A stretch of DNA of 59,574 bases, counting the filler, from Dimargaris cristalligena (lineage: Eukaryota), in NCBI GenBank assembly GCA_003614675.1. It is 2 parts of 2 records of this genome, joined end to end, with 100 filler letters (N's around TTAATTAATTAA, not from the genome) between each part and the next. Parts side by side here need not be neighbours in the genome. Positions count along the whole stretch, not along the records: positions 1 to 29,741 come from ML002474.1; positions 29,842 to 59,574 come from ML002475.1. One strand, given 5' to 3'. Positions 23,119-33,705 of this stretch are shown piece after piece. The notes below the pieces were generated by a model. The model did not search any database and was not told the origin of the DNA. It saw only the letters and a program-made list of their open reading frames with translations. The translations under genes and the position numbers were made by a program. Numbering within the stretch: the first letter of the stretch is position 1; each line of letters starts with the position of its first letter.

Positions 23119-26100
23119 ATGTCCGCCATACCGCCCGTTTCATGGTGGCCATGGCTCCATAATCTCCTCTGGCCGATTCTCCGCACCGCCCTCTACATCC
23201 CACCATTAATAGTTACCGTTCTTGTAGTTCTCATTAGCATCAACGTTGTAGTCACCTATTATCTGTACCGGCAAAAAATTCACCAGTCGACTTCTCCCAA
23301 GCGCCGTGTAACCCCGGGTGCGGCACTCTACCCTGACGTTCCGTGTTTGCGCTTCATTCACGACGAGCCTGGTTGGGCGGACGAAGACGAGGCCGTCATT
23401 CCCTTCACCGACGGCGGGATAGTACCTGAGCCCATACCTAATGACAACCCGACCTCCCCCGGCACGGATAAGTTGGCCACCCAGGAATTAAACCTCCAGC
23501 TCAATACCCTCCTGGATTATGCTATTCGGGATTTTGTTCGTAGCTGGTTTCATACCATAAGCACCGACAGCCGTTTTCCCCATAGTGTTCGCCAGGAAAT
23601 TACCGAGATATTACGAAAAGTAGCCAATCGGGCCGACCGGTTTGATTTGCCAACCCTACTGTCCAATCGGATAATACCCATTGTAACGGCCCATTTACAC
23701 CAATTTCGCCTCGCTGAGCGTAAGGCCCGCAAGGTGTGGCAGGCCCGTGGCCTACCTACGACGACAGGTCGGCAACCCGAATCCCTGGCTCCAGCGGTCA
23801 CCGCAGCAACTAACACCAGTGCATCCACCCATACTCCATCTAAACACTCCATGTCGGCCGAGGGCTGGTCGGTGCCAATGGAGGAAAAACAGGCCTGGGA
23901 TCGGTTAGTACTTCAACACTACCTCCCCAGTATGCTCCATCGTGCGATTGATCCCACAGCTATCACTGCACCCGCCCCACCCTTGGAATCGCCTGTTTGG
24001 CCTGCCGCCACAGTGTCTTTAGGTCACTTGCGCCAACTTACCACCCAGGTGTTACCACTGGTGTGTCCGCCAGCCACTCTGCAATCCCCCCTCCAGGCCG
24101 TCTTTATCCGCGAGATTATAACCGGGGCCGTCCTTCGCCCGGTGTGCCTCACCCTGTGTGATCCGGATACCTGGAATACCCAGCTTGACCAGTTTCTGAC
24201 CCGGGCCATCGAGGAGCAAAATATGATCGCCCAGCTTCGGCAAGCCTTGAACGAGCAGTCCCAGCCGGTTGACTTGCTCAGCGGTCGGCCCGTAGAGGGG
24301 CGTCACTCCAACGAGGCCCAGCGGGACCCCCTGGTATCACCAACCCTACCCGCCATCACGGCGGGGAGTGGCATCACCTCCGTTGCAGCCAAACTACAGG
24401 GCGCGGCCTCCCACGCCCTGACCAACGCCGCCCATTCTCTACCATTCGCCCCCCGCGCGTCGTTGGATGGTGCACCTACTTACGACCAATTCATCTACAG
24501 CGTGAAGCACTGTACCGATTTGGGCGAAATCAAGCAAATTCGGAACCAGATAGTCGCCCAAATTCGCACCAAACGCATTCTGGTGGAGGGGAAGAACAAG
24601 CAGGAAGTGGTGCACGGGGAACGAGTCAAAGATATCAACGTATACATCAACCGCCTTCTCATTGCCAAAAAACTCGCCGAGAAACAAATTATGCTCCTGG
24701 GTCGGGAAGTCTACCGTAAGGATCGCTACAGCAGCTATTTCATGCCGAATGGCCCCGGCCCGGCCTGTCTGGATACCGTGAAGGAGGACCTCGCGCCAGT
24801 ACCGGGAGTCCGTCAGCCCGTGGGGGGTCGCAGCCGGGCGGACTCGGCCCCGGAAGTCGCCGTTACTGATGGCACGGCCTACCCATATCCGCACGGACCC
24901 CGCTTCACCTTTCACGAAATCCTGACTAACCACGTCGCCCTGTCCTACTTCACCGAGTACATGGATTTGATCGGTAAGATCATCAATCTCCAATTCTGGC
25001 TAACCGTGGAGGGGCTCAAACGGCACCCCCAGTCGACCAACGCCCAACAGCTAGGGACCGTTCTCCGCGCCATCTACCGCACTTATTTTTCGGCGGATGC
25101 GGTGGATGAGCTAGATATTTCCGACGATATGGCCCAGGACCTGCGCGAGCGATTCGACCAATTTAACCGAAATTACATGGTGGACTCAGCCGACGAACTC
25201 GGACCCGACCGCAGCCAGGAATTGTTCGAGCTGGTCATTGCCGCCCAGTACGATGTGTTCCAGTCCATGAAACAGCAGTACTACCCGTTGTTTTTGCGGA
25301 GTGGACTCTATTACCGGTTTTTAACGGCCAACAGTAATCCAGAGGAGCAAGCCCCGCCTAGTCCATCCCTCGCCCAGTCGCCCGTCACCATCTCTTCTCA
25401 CTTGCTAGAGCCCCGGGGCCCTACCCAACGCACTCGGCGGTCCCCCTCGATCAACAGTTCCCTTTCAGCCCGTTATGGGTTAACCATGGGCTCACAGGCG
25501 AGTCGACCCCCTCGCGACACGGATACCATCCGAACCTCATCCTCGCGCTTGGCCCCCTCGGATATTCTGCTGGGACGTTCCCGCGGTCTACCCCAGCCGT
25601 CTGATAAATCCAGCGCCATTGCGGCGGTATCCACTACCACCGTGAGTATCCACACCAGCAAGTCTGATGTGGGTTCGCTTGGTTTAGCGATCCATCAATC
25701 AAACCCCACTCGCTCCCCATTGGTCGAGTCCCAGCAACTAGGAACCAGCCTTCCCTCTACGTTAGGGAAGCTCCCTCCTATCGGGCCCCGCCCTCCTCCG
25801 GCCTCATCCACAGCCACGGCTACCACTACCATCCACCACCGGGTGATGGTTCCAGTCCCCACCACTGAGGACCCTCTACTCAATCCCAATAGGGATCCGG
25901 CACAGCCTAACCGATGCCCATCAACCCCCACCCAGGGGACTCCTCCGGATACGGATACCGAGTATAATCCCGAGCCCACCGAAATCCCCGAAACTGACCT
26001 ACTGGCTACAGATGCGGTAGAAGCGGTAGAAGCGGCCCTGACCTCGATTGTCCAAGGTCATTCCACGGCCCAGGTCCGACCTCCGCTTTCGCGGCCCAAC

Positions 26101-28716
26101 ACTGAAGTTATCCTGCCTACCGCTAACGGGGGCGACTCGGAAATGGGAGGCGGTGAGTCGTCTCTGCTTAAGCTTACCGGCCTTAATTTCGCCAACTGGT
26201 GGTGGCCTATAAATCCACCAGCTACCACCACAACGTCCGCTATCCTGGCCGCGGATGCCAACCCATCCATTATCTCCACTACCGATACCGATACCAGTAC
26301 CAATGTGCCCAAAGTGACGGCCTCCCCCGATGTCCCTGTCACTACCATCGAAGAAAAGCCAAATATGTTGGCCAATCTTATTCTATCTCGATTACCTTAC
26401 TTCCCCGGTATGGCCAAATTGGTCCCCGAGAAATTATCGGGGTCGACTGATTCCCCGGACGAAGCCCCCACCCTCTCTTCCAAATCTACTCCCACTACGG
26501 AGTCGGAGGTGGCCAGTCCCGGCCCCCCTTCCGAATCATCCAGCGACGGGGACGACGACGTCGAATCCCATCACCTATCCTTCCAGGATAATGTGCACCA
26601 TGCGCCCCCCGGCGATTTACTGCTATCCACTAAAATTGCCCAAATTATCCAGGAACTCGACCGCAAACAACAGCAGAGTACGATTGTCACTACCCTGATG
26701 AGTCGGGCCGAATTGCTGGACAAGCCCAACGAGTTGCGCATTCTCAAGAAATCCCTCTCCGCCCTGCAGCGCGAAATCCAGCTTTTAACATACCAGAAAC
26801 AGCAATACGAACGCCAGGCCGAAGAAAATGTCATCGTGCCAGGCCGGACCCTCATCTATATCCCAGGCTGTACGCGAGGATTCAGCCGGCCTCTCGCTCC
26901 GGCAATATCCGAAGCCGATTGCAACCAGACCAAGGAGGGTTCAAGCTCAGTGACTCATTCCGTTGATCTCTCCTCGTTGCCTACACCTAATCCCAGCCCC
27001 GGCCCCAACCCCCCCACTGCCCATACGCTCTATCTCATTGAAGTTCAGCAAATGGCTCCTGATGGCGCCAACGACTCGGGGTGGGTAGTGTCTCGACGGT
27101 ACCGGGAGTTTTCCGCCCTTCACCAGCAGCTCAAACGTCGGTTCGCGGTCGTACGCAACTACGATTTCCCCCGCAAACACCAGCTACCCATTATTCCCGC
27201 ACTTTGGTCGCTTACTGGTAGTCGTCGCACCCAACCCTGGCCCCCTCACGTCGAAACCCGGCGGATTGCCCTGGAAAAGTATCTGCAGAACATCACTCAG
27301 CATATCGAGGTATGTCTAAGTTACGAGTTGCGGCAGTTCCTGTCCCAACACCAACCCGATTTGGACACCCATTCACCCGAGCCATCTGCTTCCCATTGGT
27401 CAGCCTCATCCCAACCCACTGAACCGGCTAAGCCGCCGCCTGCCATCGCCCGCCGCGGCACTGTCCAGTTTAGCTCGCAAGCCGCCCGGGGCCTCAATTA
27501 TACCCGATCGGGGCATCTGTTACCATCGGGTACGATTACTCCCCGGGGCCAGTCTGCTTCGGCGGAATGTACACGGCAGGCCCCCGGAAAGGATGCACCA
27601 CGGGATTTATCCCCCGCGACCCCACGTACACGTTCGCGGGCCGGCTCCGCTACCCGGTCCGACCGCCGACGCCTTTCCACCGTCAGCTACGGGAAAACGC
27701 GCCTGCGTAGCCACACCAGTCCCACCCAGCGTAGTAAACGCCTTCCTAGTCAATTTGCACCGGGCTGCCAGTCTCCCCCTAGAATGGTACCGGGCGACCC
27801 GAGCCCCTCCGATTCCCGCAGTGCTACTGCAGACCGCTTACAAAACCTGCACGCCATGACGCATCGGTATGCCAAGCCCAAACCACCCCTGCAGGTAGCC
27901 ACTGGAACCTCGGCTATACCAAGGCCGATCAATGCCCAGCGGGACTCCCCCAGTGTGGGATCCAGTCCCTCCCTCCGGCCCCGCTTGCCCGTTCCCCGGG
28001 GGGGTCCCTTGTCCCCCGGCACCAAACGACAATCCATGGGCTTCCTTAACCCCATTCAGCGAACCATCGCGGACGGATTAGACGATATTTTGGGCGGGCC
28101 TCTCATGTTGGACTTTATTAGCCAACAGCTGGGTCTCCAGGTGGCCGATTTGACCGCATCTGAACCCCACACCACCCGCGGCGGGGCCGGGGGCGGTGCT
28201 CTCGATATCCACCAGTACTTACACGAGTCCGGATCCTTCATCGATCCCCTATGTGATCTGGTGATTGAAACATTTGAGCTAAAGGAAAAGAGCAACTGGC
28301 TCCGCAAACAAGCCATCTCGATCCTATTGCGCAATGTACTGGGTGGAACAATTGAACGCCGGATCAAGGATAGCTTAGAGGCCCTCTTATCCCCCGGCCA
28401 ATTAGTGCAGCACCTGAATACGGTTTTACACACCTTCTGGCCCGCCAACCAGCCGTTTACTCCGCCGGCACCACGCTCGGACGCCAGAAAATTCGAAACC
28501 CAACAACAGGCGAGTCAGAAATGGCATTTCTTTGTACCGAACCTGGTGGGTAGTGTCGTGGGTCAGCGCAACGCTAGACGGGGCGCTACCCGACTGTTTA
28601 ACTTGATTCAGAATCCGTACCTTAATGAGAATTTGGTGTGTTTTATACTCGACGAGGTGGTAACCCAAGTCTTTCCTGAAATTCGGGCGGCTACCACCGC
28701 CTCTTATCCAAGCTAA
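23119..28716 (+). CDS. PXA-RGS-PX-PXC sorting nexin (Mdm1/SNX13/14/25 family)
   Basis: ~1865-aa intronless ORF from ATG 23119. N-terminal TM segment, PXA (IRDFVRSWF), RGS (EILTNHVALSYFTEYM...QFWLTVE), PX (WVVSRRYREFSALHQQLK...LEKYLQ) and Nexin_C (FELKEKSNWLRKQAI...GGTIER). Confidence 0.92.
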   Translation: MSAIPPVSWWPWLHNLLWPILRTALYIPPLIVTVLVVLISINVVVTYYLYRQKIHQSTSPKRRVTPGAALYPDVPCLRFIHDEPGWADEDEAVIPFTDGGIVPEPIPNDNPTSPGTDKLATQELNLQLNTLLDYAIRDFVRSWFHTISTDSRFPHSVRQEITEILRKVANRADRFDLPTLLSNRIIPIVTAHLHQFRLAERKARKVWQARGLPTTTGRQPESLAPAVTAATNTSASTHTPSKHSMSAEGWSVPMEEKQAWDRLVLQHYLPSMLHRAIDPTAITAPAPPLESPVWPAATVSLGHLRQLTTQVLPLVCPPATLQSPLQAVFIREIITGAVLRPVCLTLCDPDTWNTQLDQFLTRAIEEQNMIAQLRQALNEQSQPVDLLSGRPVEGRHSNEAQRDPLVSPTLPAITAGSGITSVAAKLQGAASHALTNAAHSLPFAPRASLDGAPTYDQFIYSVKHCTDLGEIKQIRNQIVAQIRTKRILVEGKNKQEVVHGERVKDINVYINRLLIAKKLAEKQIMLLGREVYRKDRYSSYFMPNGPGPACLDTVKEDLAPVPGVRQPVGGRSRADSAPEVAVTDGTAYPYPHGPRFTFHEILTNHVALSYFTEYMDLIGKIINLQFWLTVEGLKRHPQSTNAQQLGTVLRAIYRTYFSADAVDELDISDDMAQDLRERFDQFNRNYMVDSADELGPDRSQELFELVIAAQYDVFQSMKQQYYPLFLRSGLYYRFLTANSNPEEQAPPSPSLAQSPVTISSHLLEPRGPTQRTRRSPSINSSLSARYGLTMGSQASRPPRDTDTIRTSSSRLAPSDILLGRSRGLPQPSDKSSAIAAVSTTTVSIHTSKSDVGSLGLAIHQSNPTRSPLVESQQLGTSLPSTLGKLPPIGPRPPPASSTATATTTIHHRVMVPVPTTEDPLLNPNRDPAQPNRCPSTPTQGTPPDTDTEYNPEPTEIPETDLLATDAVEAVEAALTSIVQGHSTAQVRPPLSRPNTEVILPTANGGDSEMGGGESSLLKLTGLNFANWWWPINPPATTTTSAILAADANPSIISTTDTDTSTNVPKVTASPDVPVTTIEEKPNMLANLILSRLPYFPGMAKLVPEKLSGSTDSPDEAPTLSSKSTPTTESEVASPGPPSESSSDGDDDVESHHLSFQDNVHHAPPGDLLLSTKIAQIIQELDRKQQQSTIVTTLMSRAELLDKPNELRILKKSLSALQREIQLLTYQKQQYERQAEENVIVPGRTLIYIPGCTRGFSRPLAPAISEADCNQTKEGSSSVTHSVDLSSLPTPNPSPGPNPPTAHTLYLIEVQQMAPDGANDSGWVVSRRYREFSALHQQLKRRFAVVRNYDFPRKHQLPIIPALWSLTGSRRTQPWPPHVETRRIALEKYLQNITQHIEVCLSYELRQFLSQHQPDLDTHSPEPSASHWSASSQPTEPAKPPPAIARRGTVQFSSQAARGLNYTRSGHLLPSGTITPRGQSASAECTRQAPGKDAPRDLSPATPRTRSRAGSATRSDRRRLSTVSYGKTRLRSHTSPTQRSKRLPSQFAPGCQSPPRMVPGDPSPSDSRSATADRLQNLHAMTHRYAKPKPPLQVATGTSAIPRPINAQRDSPSVGSSPSLRPRLPVPRGGPLSPGTKRQSMGFLNPIQRTIADGLDDILGGPLMLDFISQQLGLQVADLTASEPHTTRGGAGGGALDIHQYLHESGSFIDPLCDLVIETFELKEKSNWLRKQAISILLRNVLGGTIERRIKDSLEALLSPGQLVQHLNTVLHTFWPANQPFTPPAPRSDARKFETQQQASQKWHFFVPNLVGSVVGQRNARRGATRLFNLIQNPYLNENLVCFILDEVVTQVFPEIRAATTASYPS

Positions 28717-29280
28717 GATTTGCCAATGTTTTACTTTCCGGCATTTTGTAAAAACTACACTTATGCTTACTCGGTTTTGGTTTAGGTATTGTTTTTTTTT
28801 ACACAATGTGGCAACCTAAAGGTTCTATTGGTTTCAAAATAATACCATGTCAGGAAATAAAGCGATCTGTTTATCAGCTTATATTACGCTAAGAATTTAA
28901 TGGGTGGGTTTTAGATACTGGTTTTATTACATACCAATGGGAATCGTTTCACTCTATAGGGGGTAAACAATGGAAGTATCTAGGTCAGGAATTTATTATA
29001 GTAGCAATAATTTGAATATGGAATAGTGTTGGTATTAGATATCCCTAGTGAACTCTATACAGGTAAAATTCATGATAACTGTATAAGGTTTTAAATGGAA
29101 TATGTTTGGTAAACTAGGCAGGTGACTCAATTTTAACCAGTGATTTTTGCCTTACCCAGTGGGTTTTTAGTGATATAGGGCAGCTGAACCTCCTCATATA
29201 TAAGCATTATAGAAGAGATACAAAATAAACATATAATGGATAGAGATATTCCCTGTAATATTTCAATATAATAAGAATAA

Positions 29281-29572
29281 TATTGGCCCTCCCAATCCAA
29301 CCTAAATCTGGACTTAATGATTGTCCACCCTTATTAGGCCTTATAGTACTATATTAACCCCCCATAGTCACACCTGGTGCTATGGGCTTGTCAGTTATCA
29401 TATAACCCTTCCCCTTCTGACCCCAATGCTCTGCACAAAACACTTAACCTACTGATCCAACGACTCTCCTAGTTCCCATAAGAGTCTTCCTAATATGAAG
29501 TTATCTGGTCAGCCTATACCATAGTTTAGTAGTATTTCCCCTTGGGACCTCCCTCTGGAGCTATCCCTATGT
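29281..29572. mobile_element. Partial third copy of the same LTR family (same orientation as copy 1)
   Basis: Starts TATTGGCCCT. Shares ATTAGGCCTTATAG, ATAACCCTTCCCCTTC, AGAGTCTTCC and CCCTTGGGACCTCCCTCTGGAG with 12669-12970. Confidence 0.75.
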
Positions 29573-29741
29573 GGTGAACTTACTACATTTTTTACCTACT
29601 TTTATTTTTTATCTATTTTTCGCACTTATCAGAAGTACACCCCTGATGAGTGAATGAGCCCCTGCCCCTACCCCTGACGAGTATGATCATTTTTCCTTCA
29701 TTTTCATTATTATATTGTTTTTTCTATTATTATATTTTATA

Positions 29742-29841
29742 NNNNNNNNNNNNNNNNNNNNNNNNNNNNNNNNNNNNNNNNNNNNTTAATTAATTAANNN
29801 NNNNNNNNNNNNNNNNNNNNNNNNNNNNNNNNNNNNNNNNN
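29742..29841. other. Assembly gap: 44 N + TTAATTAATTAA + 44 N (100 bp)
   Basis: Directly visible. The 12-mer gives stops in all six frames, typical of an artificial contig-joining spacer. Confidence 0.95.
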
Positions 29842-31540
29842 CACCTTTCCCTTTTATTATCTATCTTTTCAAATAAAGTTCAGTTTTCAAGGATTTAAGT
29901 TTAGTTCTTTACAAGGACTTCAACCAGAAGTCAAGTTTTTTACATTTTACTAGTTACCTTTACTTTACTTTCAGCCATTTGCTAGCCCAGCTCCGTGGCT
30001 CGTCTAATTCCCAACTCCAATAATGGGAGTATAGGCTCCATCAATCTGGAGTTGTTCCCACTGTACCCCAGCACCAGTTCCAAGCACAGTTCCAACCCTA
30101 TCCATATAGTGGAAGGGCCGATGCCCAAATTCTCCATGTTTCACCTAGGTACCTCAAGCCCTTCAAACCCAATGTCTGGTGGCCCATCCAATCCCGGCAA
30201 TGACATGGGGCCCGACCCCAACCTTAACCCCGGGAAGGGGGTTCCTCAAACCACTGGCCCAACAATTGTCAGGATTTAGTCAGATTAGGAGGGCTGACAG
30301 TTAGTAAGGCTTGTAACAGCCTATTACCCATTGGGTGGTGTTTTTTGTTGAAGTGACCAGACAACTCCTTCATTACATGGGCAGTGGGTTTCTTTGAATA
30401 GTTGTAATATGCCATATCAAGGAAGTTACAATCATCCTCAAATAAAAAAAAATGGGGTGGCACTTCATGTAGCAGGCCATCCTGAGCAGCAAGAATAAGA
30501 ATCACTATAATCTTTAAGTGTGGTTTCAAAATAGTTTGTGGGGATGTAAGCCCCAATTGCATATGGTTTCAATATTAAATAGTGGTATAGATTATATGAA
30601 TGGGGTTCCAGCAGCTTTGGGGATGCTGCCAGGCTCACTTCCTTAATGGCAGAAGTCAGGTGTTAAACAGTTGGGAGGTAGTTCTAGATGATAGGCAAGG
30701 TGTAGTGGCATCTGGAGGTTGGCACTTATCCCCAAACTATGGGCAGCCAGTCCTAATCATCAGAGGGCAGAATATACTGTGATATACAATGGTGGTATCA
30801 TTCCCATCATTTTCCCACTAAAATTACTACCTATACTGTGGCATATACTAAGAATACCAAAAATATTATTTATTTTTTATATTCACAGTTTGCATTAAAA
30901 AGTCCACCCTTCTTCCTTGCATTTAAAAGTCTGACCTATTTCTCAGTGGATTCTCTTCCATTCCATCTTATTACATCACTAATTATTTTCTACATCCTTT
31001 TCTTTGTATCCAGAGGCCCTAAGGCCCACAGAATGGTTACATAAGTAACCAGTGAATTCCCACTCATTTTGGGGAGAAGAGTCATCACCACTTGTTTTAT
31101 TTTGAAGTCATCTTTTCTATTCCTTGAACTCGACCATAACTTTCTAGTTGATTATTTATTATTAACACCACCACTTTTATTATCTTTCAATAAACTTTTG
31201 CACCCCTCATTTATATCCCCGTTCTCCATCTGTTTTACTAACCATTTGCCCCTCCGAAATCCCACCATGACGACACCCAACTCTGTCCCTGTCTCTTCCA
31301 ACTCTGTGAACCTCCCATCATTTGCCACCAGGGAGCTGGCCACCGCGACTTTAGGCCACACTGATAAGGAGGCTGCTGCCTCCTTGCAAATTCCAAAGAC
31401 TGTTAGCCATAGGCCGGACCTCCCAGGTAGTACAAAGGCATGGGGTATACAGATACTTTCACAGGCATACCACAGTATTGCTGGCAGTATATACATATTT
31501 CACATTCAACGAAAAGGCACAATGACTATCCAACTAGAAT
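29842..31540. other. CpG-depleted degenerate repeat/transposon-like remnant
   Basis: No CpG seen from about 30233 to 31130. Short broken ORFs with no recognisable domain, adjacent to the gap and LTR copy 3. Confidence 0.3.
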
Positions 31541-33705
31541 AAGAATGGTCACCAAAGGTAGACATGAAGGGATACATCATAAACATTGACATGTGTAAAC
31601 ATAAGAATTTAGTGAGACTATTCCTCGTTTTCTAACTTGAGTTTAGTGGTCACTTTACCTGATATTCTTGCATAGCAATCGTTTAAAATCCGACTAGCCA
31701 AGTACCACGCCTTTCATGTGCAACACAACTCTAATATGCGAGTACCGACTACTGGAAATGCTGTGTGCATTTTTTCCTATCATCTCTTTAGCGAACCCGC
31801 TACAATTTGTAGGGCCAAGCCTAGCGGCCAATATCTCAACTGTTAGTATACCTATATCGGGGCCCAGACCTACACTATTTACAGTACTGGCACATCCAGC
31901 TAGTCGCTTCCCCTAAAAAACGGTTTATGTCTAATGGGAGTGTTTTCGGCAACTTTCCCCAATTTATCTTCTGTACTGGAGGCAGCTGATGGTGTATATT
32001 TCATAAGCCAGGTTGAATACTCAATTTAAATACTTAGTGGCGGATCCTACACCTAAACGAATTTGTTGACACGCACCCTTTTGAACATTATGACCCGGTC
32101 TCTATTTAGTAGTAAAGGGCAATCTTTAATGTCAAAAGTGGACTCGCCAGCATGCACGTATTTATCTATTTTCTATACACCCCCTCATCTAGCTGGGTTC
32201 TATAGAAGATGCAATCCCATCTGACTGAGAAATACGCCTGTTATATACCGCAATTGGCAAGTCGACATGATTGCTCTCCATCCCCGAACTCTTCAAATTG
32301 GTATGACGACTATCCAGTGATGGCCGGTCCCTGAATATATACGCCAACGGTGCACATCTCCAGAAATCCAGTTTTACTGTGGAAGAATCTTGAGCTCTTT
32401 TTCTACCTGTGGAGCAACGGCCAGGTCACTGTGACCTACGTTGCCAACCTAGCAACGCCAATATGGTGCGGTACCGTGCGTTCTTGATCACCTTGGAGTG
32501 GGTGGGGGGGGATATGACTCGGGTCACCTTCCCTCCGCCTCCTTCGGTAAGGACCGTGGCGCGAGTAAGCAATCTAAATTTCCCCGCAGTCCCGCCATGA
32601 TCCACCCGACGAATCCCGCATAAGCAATTTTTGGCATTTGGAGCTGCCACCACGGCATTATATCTGCCGGATTTCTCTAAACCTACCCGCAAATCCCGAC
32701 TTGAAATATATATGCCTACATATATATATATATATATACTCAGATTTGACCAGTATACGGCAATGATGCGACCCTATCCGTCCCATTCCCAAATTGGTGA
32801 CCAAGTAGCCGGAGGGAATCGTTTGAGCTATTATTTTCCATCGGATTTTGATAATCCGTAGGCTGAGAGAAATGGCCCTTGAGCAAAGGACACTGCGTAA
32901 CGGGAGCAAGGGAAGGAAAAGGGAGAGCGCGAGGTTTCATGTGCTAGGGGTACGAAAAAGACATGGTGCCAATGGGAGGAGACGGTACGCTGCTTTTACA
33001 GTGGCTACTGCCATTTGGGAATGATGGCGTGGAACGGGTTACCTTCCTGTATAACCGATAGGAATATACACTTGGGCCACCCCCTTTTTTTTATGCCACT
33101 ACTACTGTAGTTGCCGGCGTGAAGGAGGCACTTATAGAAACGCTTAGAATTGACTCGGCCTCTATGGCACATTCGCACTATAGTAGTACCTTCTTTTCCC
33201 CCTATTTCCCTTATTAAACAATGGCCCTAGAATGAAGCCCACCTGAGGATATTACAGCCCTGTTCCTGTCCCTGCTCCGTGCACTTGGTGCTGTCGCTAA
33301 TCCATTGACAGCCTCCTCCATAGTAATATCCATACACTACTCCCCCCCCCTTCTCCCCAGCTGTTGATTATCACTGCGTTTATTAGCCTACCCTTATATA
33401 TACTGACCATCCGCCCTTGTTCCTTCTAACCTGCTTGACTTTTTATTTTTAAACAACGTATAAAACTTATTAATTTTACGGTCTGTTTAATATTTTACTA
33501 ACTGTACCTAATACGTGGATACCCCTCGGGTGTTCTCGACTACACCTACTTTACTTATTTAGTCATTTCCTACCTTTTATATGTCTCCATATCCTCTATT
33601 TGAACCCTAGTTTTAATCTATTGAAAGGATATTACCGCACCCTGCCCCCATTTTTATCGAAGCAGTACATTTTGGTGTAATTATCAGCATTGAAGCTTTA
33701 CAACT

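Noticed and set aside
29638..29685. CTGATGAG/CTGACGAG resembling a hammerhead ribozyme core
   Set aside because: No downstream GAAA core element or stem II could be found.
29786..29797. TTAATTAATTAA as a biological motif or TTAA transposon site
   Set aside because: Centred in symmetric N runs totalling 100 bp; assembly spacer.
32225..32260. CTGAGAAATAC resembling the fungal TPP riboswitch
   Set aside because: The downstream conserved TGATC..GATAATAC/GC motif is absent and no thiamine gene is nearby.
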